Shown in pieces: positions 8,207 to 18,005 of a stretch of DNA of 64,000 nucleotides. Both the position numbers and the translations under genes were made by a program. Origin of the DNA: Bacteroidota bacterium (GTDB lineage Bacteria > Bacteroidota > Bacteroidia > 2-12-FULL-35-15); contig JAOQAG010000008.1 of NCBI GenBank assembly GCA_025963715.1, positions 23,907-87,906 of the forward strand. The letters run 5' to 3'. The notes beneath the pieces are model-generated. The model searched no databases and was not told the origin of the DNA. It saw only the letters and a program-made list of their open reading frames with translations. Position 1 is the first letter of the stretch; each line of letters begins with the position of its first letter.

Positions 8207-8551
8207 CATGATTCTTTATTAAAAACGGTATCCGGAATTTCCGGACACTGTTTTTAATACATGATTGTGTTTGTATATCTTCCTGGGTTCAATCCGGGAT
8301 CTTAGCTCTATTTACAAAACATTTTTAACACAGGCTTTGCTTGAGGCAAGGCGCTGTGTTCTTGTATTTATTAAAAAACAAAGATTATCATTTTCATTAC
8401 AGGAAAATAATCAGTGTTTATTGTTGCTTCTCTCCCGGGATTTTGTCAAAGGCCCCGGATAAAAATTCGGGTAACCGGATCTTTTACAGCAATTCACATG
8501 ATTACTCTTAAGTTATTTTCCGGTTTGTGATAATCACTAAAAATTAACAAA

Positions 8552-10108
8552 GTGAATAACGAACTGATTATTGATGTTACTCCATCAGAAGTTGTTATTG
8601 CACTTTTAAACGATAAACGTTTAGTTGAACTTAATCGCGAAAAAAGCAATAATAATTTTTCTGTAGGCGATATTTATCTTGGGCGCGTAAAAAAAGTAAT
8701 GCCCGGATTAAATGCTGCCTTTGTGGATGTAGGATACGAAAAAGATGCGTTTCTGCACTACCTTGATTTAGGCCCGCAGGCGGCATCGCTCAATAAGTAC
8801 ACAAAGCTTGTACAAACGGGCAAACAAACAACTTCCAACTTAATGTATTTTAAGATGGAAGACGATATTCAAAAAGATGGTAAGATCGGGAATGTGCTCA
8901 ATTCCAACCAGCAGATCCTGATCCAGATCGCGAAGGAACCTATTTCTACAAAAGGCCCGCGGATTACCACCGAGATCTCTTTAGCCGGACGCTATTTAGT
9001 CCTGATCCCTTTTGCAGATAAAGTTTCTGTTTCCCAAAAAATAAAGACCACGGATGAGAAAAATCGTTTAAAGCGATTGATCCAAAGCATCAAGCCGAAA
9101 AATTTTGGTGTGATCATCCGTACTGTTGCTGAAGGAAAAAGTGTAGCCGACCTGGATGCGGATCTGAACGATCTGGTAAAAAAATGGGAAAAATGCTACG
9201 AGAATTTAAAAACTGCTCAGCCACCATTTAAGGTATTGGGTGAGATCGACCGTACATCGGCGATCCTGCGCGATTTACTGAATGCCAGCTTTAACAGCAT
9301 TCATATTAATGACCAGGCTTTGTTCGAGGAAACAAGAACATACCTGCAAACCATTGCCCCGGATAAAGAAAAGATCCTGAAATTATACAAAGGCCCGGTT
9401 CCGATCTTTGATCATTTTGGTGTTGACCGCCAGATCAAAGGTTTATTTGGGAAAACGGTGACGATGCGCAGCGGTGGTTATTTAATTGTGGAACACACGG
9501 AAGCCTTGCACGTAATTGACGTGAACAGTGGAAACCGTGCAAAATCCGACAATAACCAGGAAACCAATGCGCTGGAAGTGAATCTGGAAGCTGCAGTTGA
9601 AGTTGCGCGCCAGTTGCGTTTACGCGATATGGGCGGAATTATTGTGGTGGATTTCATTGATTTACACTCAGCGGATAACCGCAAGCTTTTATTTGACAGG
9701 ATAAAAGAAGAAATGTCGAAAGACCGCGCGAAGCACAACATTTTACCTCCAAGTAAATTCGGATTGATCCAGATCACCCGTCAGCGTGTACGCCCGGAAA
9801 TGAATGTAGTGACCGTTGAAAAATGTCCTACCTGCGGCGGAAGCGGCGAGATCCAGGCAAGTATTTTATTGATGGACCAGATCGAAAACAATTTGCGTTA
9901 TATTTTAAAAGATCAGAACGAAAAAGATGTTACGCTATGTGTACATCCTTATCTGGAAGCATACATTACCAAAGGTTTTTTCTGGAGTTCGCTGAAAAGC
10001 AAATGGGCGAAAAAATACGGCAGCAAGTTTAAAGTGCGCTCTGTTTCTTCCTACACATTTATGGAATACCGCTTCATGAACAAGAATGAAGATGAAATAA
10101 AGATCTAA
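8552..10108 (+). CDS. rng: Ribonuclease G/E family endoribonuclease (GTG start)
   Basis: S1 domain (GDIYLGRVKKVMPGLNAAFVDVG) followed by the RNase E/G catalytic domain (HVIDVNSG). Preceded by a ~345-nt untranslated leader. Confidence 0.85.
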   Translation: MNNELIIDVTPSEVVIALLNDKRLVELNREKSNNNFSVGDIYLGRVKKVMPGLNAAFVDVGYEKDAFLHYLDLGPQAASLNKYTKLVQTGKQTTSNLMYFKMEDDIQKDGKIGNVLNSNQQILIQIAKEPISTKGPRITTEISLAGRYLVLIPFADKVSVSQKIKTTDEKNRLKRLIQSIKPKNFGVIIRTVAEGKSVADLDADLNDLVKKWEKCYENLKTAQPPFKVLGEIDRTSAILRDLLNASFNSIHINDQALFEETRTYLQTIAPDKEKILKLYKGPVPIFDHFGVDRQIKGLFGKTVTMRSGGYLIVEHTEALHVIDVNSGNRAKSDNNQETNALEVNLEAAVEVARQLRLRDMGGIIVVDFIDLHSADNRKLLFDRIKEEMSKDRAKHNILPPSKFGLIQITRQRVRPEMNVVTVEKCPTCGGSGEIQASILLMDQIENNLRYILKDQNEKDVTLCVHPYLEAYITKGFFWSSLKSKWAKKYGSKFKVRSVSSYTFMEYRFMNKNEDEIKI

Positions 10109-10231
10109 TTTTATAATTCGATAATTTGGAATGCCCCGGGAAACCGGGGCATTTTTTGTTTTTGGAAACAGATATTGGATGTTAGATGCTAATTTTATCG
10201 CTTACGCGAGTGATTAAACAATTAAAAAAAT

Positions 10232-10368
10232 CTATCGCAGGCGCGAGTGTCCCACTCGTGCCAAACTATTGCAGGGCGTCCCGCCCTGATAGATAATAAG
10301 AATACCCGACACATAAAACAATTAAAAAACCACCACATAAGGCACAAAGAAACACATAAGACTGGTTT
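10232..10368. repeat. 135-bp direct repeat unit R1 (E2-type module with two hairpins plus ccacataaggcacaaag motif)
   Basis: About 95% identical to 10480-10612. Confidence 0.9.
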
Positions 10369-10479
10369 GTAACATACCAACGTATAATTGAACCACAAAA
10401 GAAACAAAAGAAAAACAAAAGGCGGAAGTGTAACATTCCAACGTGCAGCTTTGACACACAGTTTTAATAATTCTGCCAA

Positions 10480-10612
10480 CTATCGCAGGCGCGAGTGTCC
10501 CACTCGTGCCAAACTATTACAGGGCGTCCCGCCCTGATAGATAATTAAGAATACCCCACACATAAAACAATTAAAAAACCACCACATAAGGCACAAAGAA
10601 CCACATAAGAGG
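10480..10612. repeat. 135-bp direct repeat unit R2, followed by an inverted partial copy (10628-10668)
   Basis: Second copy of gcaggcgcgagtgtcccactcgtgccaaactatt.cagggcgtcccgccctgatagataat...accacataaggcacaaagaa.cacataaga. Confidence 0.9.
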
Positions 10613-10853
10613 ATCATGTGACATACCAATGTTTATTTATGTATTTAACAGGCCTTGCCTTATGTGCTCCTTTGTGCCTTATGTGGTAGAAAAAACACGT
10701 TGTGCGACACACCAGTATTACACACACAGTCCAACATCCAATATCTAAACATCCAATATCCGTTTGAGATTGTTTCGGGCGAAAGCCCTGCAAGAAATCC
10801 TCAATTTTTTGTATCTTAGTTTATAATTTACTCCTTGTACCCAACATTTGATC

Positions 10854-12839
10854 ATGAAAAAAATATACATCCTCGCAGCACTGCTGTTTATTGCTATTAG
10901 CGGATTTGCGCAAACTGCTCCCAATACGGCTTTTGCACACAGGGCATTTCCACAGGAAAAAATTACTGCTGAAATTAAAAAAGCATTTGAACATTCGTCA
11001 GCAGCTCCTGCTTCGGCTACAACTGCCGTTAAACCGGATGGAAAAAGCAATTCCGGGCAAGCGATCCGTAAAATGGATGAGGTAAAAAAAATGAACTGGA
11101 ACCGGTACAAACATCCGGGAACAAGCCGCTCGCTGGACACGGTGTATGTTGGCGTTGTGCCACACGATACACTGGTGATCACGGGAACGTATAACCATAC
11201 CGGACCGATCTTCGTTTTTAACGATGGCGTGCTGATCTTTTATAATGCTACCGCAACCAATTATGGCGATGTATATCTGTTTGAACACGGACGATTGCTG
11301 GGCCTTAATTCTTCACTGACTTTTCCGCAAACTTATTTTTACCAGCGCTCGCTGATCGTGGTGCAAAACGGATTGGCATACTTTAATAATTGTTCGTTCA
11401 ATTACAGCGGCGTGCAGCACAGCTTAGTGGTTGGTGATTCCGGAGCGGTAGGAATGGAAAGTGTTCATCAGGCCGACTGGACCACAGCCGGTTTATACGG
11501 GCATGCTACGATCCAGATCCATGGCCTGAACCTAGGCGGCGAATACATCCTGGACGATAGCAGCACATCTGCGTTCAGCAACGTGGATACACTTTTATTG
11601 TGGCACCAGCTGCCGAATACTGCGGTGATCAATTATGCATTTCCGCAAGGCGATACAGTGATGAACTATGCCTTCAACAATACCGTTCCGGGTGTGAGCG
11701 GCATTCAATACAACGTAAATGTGGATAGCTGCCATACGGTTTGGTGGGCGATGATGCCGGTAAACGGCTCCAATGTGACCATTTCCAATTCCAATATCCG
11801 GGCCATCGGAACGTGGTTCCAGTATGGCGATACGGCCACAGCGAATGGTATTTTTGATAATACATTTTATCCGAATGTGGTGATTCCGCTCTCCGACAGG
11901 AATTTACACCTACTCAATAGCTTTGTGCAAACCTGGAATTTGTATGTATTTGATTCGTCGCAGCTTAACATTACCAATTGCACGGTGGGCGAAGTGGGAA
12001 CACAGCAAAAAGCAAGCATTTATTCGCAGCAATTTTTACTGGACGGCTCGGGTGGTTATTTCTGGGCAACGGATACAAGTGTGATCTTTGGCTCCGGTGT
12101 TACGATATACTCGACAGCGCGGAGTGAGCGGACCGGCATTTTTATTCTGTCGTACAGCGATTTACCATTTGCGCCGGTTTCGTCTATTGGCACCAGTTTA
12201 ATGATCTCGGTGCAAAATACGCAACCAACCGATCCCACTCCGTTTGATGGCAGCATCATGTGGCTGGAAAATATTGAATCGCCTGCAACTACGCATGCCG
12301 ACTCGATTGTACCGGTACGCGGCTCTGCCTGGATCGATCAGGGACCTGCGGGAAGCTGGATGGATTATGGCAGCTATAGCTTGTATTACCAGCTGCAGGG
12401 CGATCCGGCATGGACACCAATTGTGATCGATTCCACGATAGAGATCCGCCACAATGTGCTTGGGATGTGGAATACAACCGGGCTTATTGCTGGAAATTAC
12501 AATGTGCGTTTGCTGGTAAAAAACGATCTGACCGATAGCGTGGAAGATATAAAAGTGGTAACGGTGTTGCCGGGCGTAAGCACAGGATTGGCAAATACTG
12601 ATTTGTTACCGGTAAGTATTTATCCAAATCCCGCTTCGGACCAGCTGATGGTATACGTTCCGGCAAGCACTGCAAAAACAGAGATCCGCATTTATAATTT
12701 GCTGGGTGAAAATAAAATCGTGGAAACGACAAACCGCTTACAATCCTTTGTAAATGTAGCAAACCTGGCAGCCGGTGTTTACACGATCGAAGTAAAATGC
12801 GGAAATAAAATAAGCCGTCAGAAATTTGTGAAACAATAA
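10854..12839 (+). CDS. T9SS type-A C-terminal sorting domain protein (secreted, function unknown)
   Basis: Signal peptide MKKIYILAALLFIAISGFAQ; C-terminal Por_Secre_tail pattern (VSIYPNPASDQLMVYVP...GVYTIEVKCGNKISRQKFVKQ). Track start 10848 is a TTG; ATG at 10854 preferred. Confidence 0.75.
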   Translation: MKKIYILAALLFIAISGFAQTAPNTAFAHRAFPQEKITAEIKKAFEHSSAAPASATTAVKPDGKSNSGQAIRKMDEVKKMNWNRYKHPGTSRSLDTVYVGVVPHDTLVITGTYNHTGPIFVFNDGVLIFYNATATNYGDVYLFEHGRLLGLNSSLTFPQTYFYQRSLIVVQNGLAYFNNCSFNYSGVQHSLVVGDSGAVGMESVHQADWTTAGLYGHATIQIHGLNLGGEYILDDSSTSAFSNVDTLLLWHQLPNTAVINYAFPQGDTVMNYAFNNTVPGVSGIQYNVNVDSCHTVWWAMMPVNGSNVTISNSNIRAIGTWFQYGDTATANGIFDNTFYPNVVIPLSDRNLHLLNSFVQTWNLYVFDSSQLNITNCTVGEVGTQQKASIYSQQFLLDGSGGYFWATDTSVIFGSGVTIYSTARSERTGIFILSYSDLPFAPVSSIGTSLMISVQNTQPTDPTPFDGSIMWLENIESPATTHADSIVPVRGSAWIDQGPAGSWMDYGSYSLYYQLQGDPAWTPIVIDSTIEIRHNVLGMWNTTGLIAGNYNVRLLVKNDLTDSVEDIKVVTVLPGVSTGLANTDLLPVSIYPNPASDQLMVYVPASTAKTEIRIYNLLGENKIVETTNRLQSFVNVANLAAGVYTIEVKCGNKISRQKFVKQ

Positions 12840-12900
12840 TAATTGCCGAAAGTTTATATTGTAGATCCGCCGTTATTTTATTGACTTTTTTAATCAACTT

Positions 12901-12992
12901 GTCATTGCGAGGGCTTTTCGCCCGAAGCAATCTCATTCTAGATTTATATACTGGTGTGAGATTGCTTCGGGCGAAAAGCCCTCGCAATGACG
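12901..12992. repeat. Palindromic element family P92, copy 2 (34-nt arms, perfect)
   Basis: gtcattgcgagggcttttcgcccgaagcaatctcat(tctagatttatatactggtg)tgagattgcttcgggcgaaaagccctcgcaatgacg. Confidence 0.9.
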
Positions 12993-13247
12993 TTTTTAAA
13001 AATAATTCCTTTTTGTGAATATAAGTTTCGAATACTCATTTAATAATAAGTGTGTAAATTTTCCACACAAAAATAATTCCCTCCGTTTAAACCACTGTCT
13101 TTATCCGTTGTCATACGAGCGGATAAAGACAAAATGAGCATGTTCTTCTATGAAATAGCAGAGTACTTCTATTTCAGTTTTTAATACATGTTTCATGTAT
13201 GATCTTTATAAAAATTTTATCTGTAAAATTTATTTTAAGATCTTTCT

Positions 13248-13943
13248 ATGACAGTTATTTCACATTCAAAAAAATTAATTTTCATTCACAATTATAAAGT
13301 AGCGGGCACCAGTATTGAGTATGCGCTCCGCCGTTACGATAATAAAACATTTTGGAAGTCGGGCCTGAAAGATCAGTTGGCATTCCTTACCAACGCTTAT
13401 CCTCCGGTTTATTCTTCTGAATTTTCGCCGCACATTACAGCTGCTGATCTGAAAAAAAATTTACAGTATGAATTGTTCAGCAAGTATTTTAAATTTGGTT
13501 TTGTGCGCGATCCATGGGACTGGCAGGTTTCCATGTATTCTTATATCTTGAAAACAAAAGAACACCATCAGCATGAGCTGTTAAAAAGTATGAACAGCTT
13601 TGATGAATTTATTGAGTGGCGCATCCATGAGGATTTTCATTTGCAAAAAGAATTTTTTTATGATGAAGAGGGGAAATGCCTGATGGATTACATCGGGAAA
13701 TTTGAAATGCTTGGTGCCAGCATGAAAAAATTATTCGATATGTTTGGGCTTGATGCCGACCTGTTGCATTTGAACCAAAGTCGGGAAAATACAGATTATC
13801 TGCATTTTTACAGTCAGCGCTCAATAGACCTTGTTGCCGAGGCTTACAGGGACGACCTCCTTGCATTTGGTTATTGCAAGCCGGAGCTGGCCGGTAGAAG
13901 AAAAGCCCCTGAATATGTTCACATTGCGGCAAATTTGCGCTGA
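13248..13943 (+). CDS. Sulfotransferase family protein
   Basis: N-terminal KLIFIHNYKVAGTSIEYAL resembles the 5'-PSB motif of family-2 carbohydrate sulfotransferases. Confidence 0.55.
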   Translation: MTVISHSKKLIFIHNYKVAGTSIEYALRRYDNKTFWKSGLKDQLAFLTNAYPPVYSSEFSPHITAADLKKNLQYELFSKYFKFGFVRDPWDWQVSMYSYILKTKEHHQHELLKSMNSFDEFIEWRIHEDFHLQKEFFYDEEGKCLMDYIGKFEMLGASMKKLFDMFGLDADLLHLNQSRENTDYLHFYSQRSIDLVAEAYRDDLLAFGYCKPELAGRRKAPEYVHIAANLR

Positions 13944-13994
13944 AATTTCAAAACCGAAACTTTCCTTATCTTTACGTAAAATTTTAAAATACGT

Positions 13995-14633
13995 ATGAAA
14001 AAACTTCTACTCCTTTGTAGTTTCTGTTTTGCTTTTATGGCAACAAAAGCGCAAAATCTGAACTGCGGCAATTTTTGTATCCTCGGCATTACTGTTGATT
14101 CCACCACGCATGAAATGAATGTAACTATTTACAACGGCGATACCCTGCAGGTGAATTACCCGGTGGTACAAGTGGTGAACGCAACAGGCGATACTGTTGG
14201 AAATATCGACGGACAATTTTATTTATTTGCACAATTAGCGGGAGATACGGTGGTGCATACCATTCCAACTACGATCAACAGCGCAGCAGGCTTTACCGGC
14301 CTGGTTTACCTGAGCAACGGCGGCGATACAACAGCGGCTTGTATGTTCTCTTACCCGATGACCTGCACCGTAGGGATTCACGAGCTTTATGCAGCCAACC
14401 GCATCAACGTGTATCCAAATCCTGCAACAGATAATATTACCGTGGATATTGAAAAATTAAACAACAAAGAAGCGGTGATCGCGATCTACGACATGACCGG
14501 AAACATGATCCGTTCATACACTACCGCCAGCAATCAATTAACGATCAACCGCGATGGCTTAAAAAGCGGAATGTATTTTATAAGTGTTACAGCGGATAAC
14601 AAACGTTATACAAACAAGCTGATCATTCAGTAA
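13995..14633 (+). CDS. Small T9SS type-A C-terminal sorting domain protein
   Basis: Signal peptide MKKLLLLCSFCFAFMATKAQ; C-terminal INVYPNPATDNITVDI...GMYFISV Por_Secre_tail pattern. Confidence 0.75.
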   Translation: MKKLLLLCSFCFAFMATKAQNLNCGNFCILGITVDSTTHEMNVTIYNGDTLQVNYPVVQVVNATGDTVGNIDGQFYLFAQLAGDTVVHTIPTTINSAAGFTGLVYLSNGGDTTAACMFSYPMTCTVGIHELYAANRINVYPNPATDNITVDIEKLNNKEAVIAIYDMTGNMIRSYTTASNQLTINRDGLKSGMYFISVTADNKRYTNKLIIQ

Positions 14634-14652
14634 TTTATTTTTTGAAACAAGG

Positions 14653-14684
14653 AAAAGGCTCAACAGTGTTGAGCCTTTTTTATT
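14653..14684 (+). terminator. Rho-independent terminator (aaaaggctcaac agtg ttgagcctttttt)
   Basis: 9-bp stem, 4-nt loop, T6, 20 nt after stop. Confidence 0.8.
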
Positions 14685-15279
14685 TCCAAAACCTTAGAAA
14701 TCATTTAAACAAAATCTTGCATTAAAAAAATATAGGTTTACCTCTACCTTTTACTTTTTGAAGGCAAAAAGTAACAAAAACCTTTTCTGCCTGTAAGGTA
14801 ATTTTTCCTTCCGCTGCCGCTACAGGAAAACCGCGGTTAATTTCGCGCATACGGTTGGTCACTTCGTAACTATGACTTTTCTGGCGCTTATTCCCGCTAT
14901 TACTGAACAGGCCGAAATAGTCTGCAGAATGAGTATCCTATTGTTTTTTTTAAATTGGCAGCAGAATGTTTGAGAAGCGGAGCATGATTTTAATTCACCC
15001 CGATCCGAAGGGAGTACGAAAAAGAAATTCAGAAGGGCGCGGTGGCCAGAACAAGTAGCGGGGACGCGTCAGGTGGTGTGTAGGACCGATGGCTTGTTCT
15101 TGAATTTTTTGTTTCTTTTTGTTTCAAGACAAAAAGAAAAGAGAATGAAATGAAGCAGCATTCGATTTTATACTTCTAAGGATTCAAACAAAAAACTACA
15201 TTTTACTAATGCAAAATCTAAAACAAATTGGCATCGCAAGATTTTTGTTTTAAATTAGCTACAACCAAAAAACATCCTC

Positions 15280-17784
15280 ATGAAAAAGCTGTACACTTTA
15301 TTCATACTTCTCACGTTTGCAACATCTGTTTTTTCACAACCCGCCAGCTGGAATGCCCGCGGAATTGGCGGAGGCGGTGCTTTGTTTTCACCGAGCATTA
15401 ATCCGGGTAACGGCAATGAATATTACATTTCCTGTGATATGAGTGAGCTTTTTCACAGCGTCGATTTTGGACAAACCTATTCACAAGTAAATTTTCAACA
15501 GTTTACAGGCGGGCACAATTCGAAAGTGTGTTTTACCGCCACTCCTCACCTGCTCTACTCGATCAGTTATATCAACGATGTGGGTACACCCGTAAAAAGT
15601 AATGACAATGGTTTTAACTGGACCGCGCTCAGCGGAAATCCGGATGCAAGCGAAGACGTAGTTACTATTGATGTAGATTATAACAACCCAAGCCGGATTA
15701 TTATTTCCACGTATGGCGCCATTTATTTTTCGGGTAACAGTGGCGTTACGTTTACACAGTTCCACACTGCCGTGGACGGCGGCGCAGGAAATGTGGTAGG
15801 CGGCGTTTTATTTGATTCCAATAATATTTATGTCGGAACCAACGATGGCGTGCTGGTTTCTACTAATTTCGGCACCACCTGGACAATTGCAGCCTTGACC
15901 GGAATTCCATCTTCCGACAGGATCTGGAGCTTTACAGCTGCTAAAGTTGGTGGCGTGGTACGTTTTTATTGCCTCACAGGCAATGCTGCTGATATTTATG
16001 TGGGTTTACAGGGTTCCGATTATTATGGCTTTTGTACCGGAATCTATTCCTGTGATTATTCATCTTCTACTGCATGGGTGCTGAAAACAACGGGAATTAA
16101 TTTAAGCTCTGATTTCCCAATGTTTATTGATATGGCACAAAACGACCTGAATACGGTATATCTAGCGGGGAGCAATGATAATTCGGAACCGATCATTATG
16201 AAAACCACCAATGCAGGCGGCATGTGGAACCATACATTTTTAACGGCATCCAATCAGAATATAATTACCGGCTGGAGCGGCCAGGGTGGTGATCGCGGCT
16301 GGAGTTACGGCGAATGTCCGTTTGGATTTGATGTATCTGCAACCAATTCACAGGAAGTTATTTTCGGTGATTTCGGATTTTGTCATAAAACAATTGACGG
16401 CGGCGCAACCTGGCAGCAGGCGTATGTGAATACAAGCGGGCAGCATCCGGCGAATGCAGCAACACCGCCTAATCAAAGCTATACCAGTATTGGTTTAGAA
16501 AATACTACCTGTTGGCAGGTGAACTGGCCGGATGCAAATAATATGTGGGCCTGCTATTCCGACATTCGCGGGATCCGCAGCACCGACGCCGGAAACAGCT
16601 GGTCGTATAATTATACAGGTACAACTGCCAACTCCAGCTACAGGCTTGCGAAAAGTACAACAGGAAGATTGTACATGGGTACTTCCAACATCCACGATAT
16701 GTACCAGAGCACGCGCTTGCAGGATGCACAGCTGGATGCAGCGGATGCAAATGGCAAATTGCTTTATTCGGATGATAATGGCGCAACCTGGCTGAACATG
16801 CACACGTTCGGGCATTCTGTTTTTTGGGTGGCGCTGGATCCTTCCAATTCAAACCGCGGTTACGCAAGCGTGATCAATTATGGAGGGGGCGTTGGCGGTG
16901 TGTATCGCTGTAATAATTTATCGGCACTGGGAAGCTCCACCTGGACGCAATTACCTGCTCCGCCGCGTACAGAAGGACATCCGGCAAGCCTGGTGGTATT
17001 GAACGATGGAAAATTAGTGGCAACCTATTCCGGCAGACGCGATGGAAGCAGCGCATTTACTGCCAGTTCCGGCGTTTTTATTTATGATCCGGTAGGCAAC
17101 TCCTGGGCGGATGTTTCGGATGCGGGTATGCATTACTGGACAAAAGATGTGGTGATAGATCCGAATGATGCCACGCAAAACACCTGGTATGTTTGTGTTT
17201 TCAGCGGTTGGGGCGGCCCACCCAATGGCTTGGGTGGTTTATACAGAACAACAAACAGGGGAACCAGCTGGACCAAATTAACAGGCACATCGCTCGACAG
17301 GGTAACTTCCTGCACCTTCAATCCAAACAATGCAAATGAATTGTATATCACAACAGAAACGCAGGGCTTGTGGAGAAGTGCTGACATCAATGCTACAAGT
17401 CCGACCATTTCCCTTGTAGGAAATTATCCTTTCCGTCAACCGGAGCGCGTATTTTTTAACCCGTATAATACTACTGAAATGTGGGTAACCAGCTTTGGCA
17501 ACGGAATGAAAATGGGTACGCTGTTAACCACCGGCGAAGTTGAATTTGCAAATGAAACAGTGTTTGAAATGTATCCGAATCCTGCAACAGATGTTTTAAC
17601 AATCACAACGGATACAAAAAATCCGGTAGTGGAAATTTACAATGTGCTGGGTGAAAAAGTTGGAGGGTACCAAATCACAACTAATAAAAACGAGATCTCC
17701 ATTGCTGATTTAAAAAGCGGGATTTATTTTGTAACGCTGCTGGTGGATGGAAAGAGAGTGACGAAGAAACTTGTGAAGGAATAG
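15280..17784 (+). CDS. BNR/Asp-box repeat (GH74/sortilin-like beta-propeller) protein with T9SS type-A C-terminal sorting domain
   Basis: Multiple S/T-x-D-x-G-x-T-W motifs (SNDNGFNWT, FGTTWTIA, DGGATWQQA, DAGNSWSY, DDNGATWLNM, TNRGTSWTKL); C-terminal MYPNPATDVLTIT...GIYFVTLLVDGKRV. Confidence 0.75.
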   Translation: MKKLYTLFILLTFATSVFSQPASWNARGIGGGGALFSPSINPGNGNEYYISCDMSELFHSVDFGQTYSQVNFQQFTGGHNSKVCFTATPHLLYSISYINDVGTPVKSNDNGFNWTALSGNPDASEDVVTIDVDYNNPSRIIISTYGAIYFSGNSGVTFTQFHTAVDGGAGNVVGGVLFDSNNIYVGTNDGVLVSTNFGTTWTIAALTGIPSSDRIWSFTAAKVGGVVRFYCLTGNAADIYVGLQGSDYYGFCTGIYSCDYSSSTAWVLKTTGINLSSDFPMFIDMAQNDLNTVYLAGSNDNSEPIIMKTTNAGGMWNHTFLTASNQNIITGWSGQGGDRGWSYGECPFGFDVSATNSQEVIFGDFGFCHKTIDGGATWQQAYVNTSGQHPANAATPPNQSYTSIGLENTTCWQVNWPDANNMWACYSDIRGIRSTDAGNSWSYNYTGTTANSSYRLAKSTTGRLYMGTSNIHDMYQSTRLQDAQLDAADANGKLLYSDDNGATWLNMHTFGHSVFWVALDPSNSNRGYASVINYGGGVGGVYRCNNLSALGSSTWTQLPAPPRTEGHPASLVVLNDGKLVATYSGRRDGSSAFTASSGVFIYDPVGNSWADVSDAGMHYWTKDVVIDPNDATQNTWYVCVFSGWGGPPNGLGGLYRTTNRGTSWTKLTGTSLDRVTSCTFNPNNANELYITTETQGLWRSADINATSPTISLVGNYPFRQPERVFFNPYNTTEMWVTSFGNGMKMGTLLTTGEVEFANETVFEMYPNPATDVLTITTDTKNPVVEIYNVLGEKVGGYQITTNKNEISIADLKSGIYFVTLLVDGKRVTKKLVKE

Positions 17785-17824
17785 TTCAAAGTTTAAAGTT
17801 TGAAAGTTCAAAGTTTGCTGTGTA
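17785..17824. repeat. Stop-adjacent element SAE (gttcaaagtttaaagtttgaaagttcaaagtttgctgtg), copy 1
   Basis: Begins 1 nt after the TAG stop of the BNR gene; same family at 22655-22700, 22745-22790, 34761-34811, 41931-41972. Confidence 0.85.
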
Positions 17825-17929
17825 ATGCTGTGTGTTTTACCGCAGAGGACGCGGAGAAGGCGCAAAGGCCGCAAAGAAGTCAAGTCCAAAATGCGGTATG
17901 ATAAATGGGACGCTAATCTCTCGTAACCC

Positions 17930-17958
17930 TGTTATCCCGGGCCTGACCCGGGATCTGT
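17930..17958. repeat. CCCGGG-core hairpin element family H, copy (tgttatcccgggcctgacccgggatctg)
   Basis: Same motif at 34692-34721, 38661-38690, 50183-50212 and 50248-50277; related at 414-441. Confidence 0.8.
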
Positions 17959-18005
17959 TGTTTAGAAATAGTTCACCGGTTTGTTTTCTTTTGCGGTTAA
18001 ATTTT

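Noticed and set aside
8265-8462. 65-aa ORF in the rng leader
   Set aside because: Low-complexity Leu-rich translation inside an AT-rich leader; no start context.
10222-10612. Possible CRISPR array or small ORFs (10222..10479, 10266..10457)
   Set aside because: Repeat unit is 135 bp with internal hairpins and only two direct copies plus an inverted fragment; no cas genes; the ORFs lie wholly inside the repeats.
12484-12987. 167-aa minus-strand ORF starting MRGLFARSNL (and its twin 32692..32955 on the plus strand)
   Set aside because: Both start inside the P92 palindromic element (atgcgagggcttttcgcccgaagcaatctcat) and simply read out of the repeat; identical N-termini on opposite strands are a repeat artefact.
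14735-14862. 42-codon minus-strand ORF (MREINRGFPVAAAEGKITLQAEKVFVTFCLQKVKGRGKPIFF)
   Set aside because: No conservation cue or motif; flanked by stops; likely chance ORF in a long spacer.
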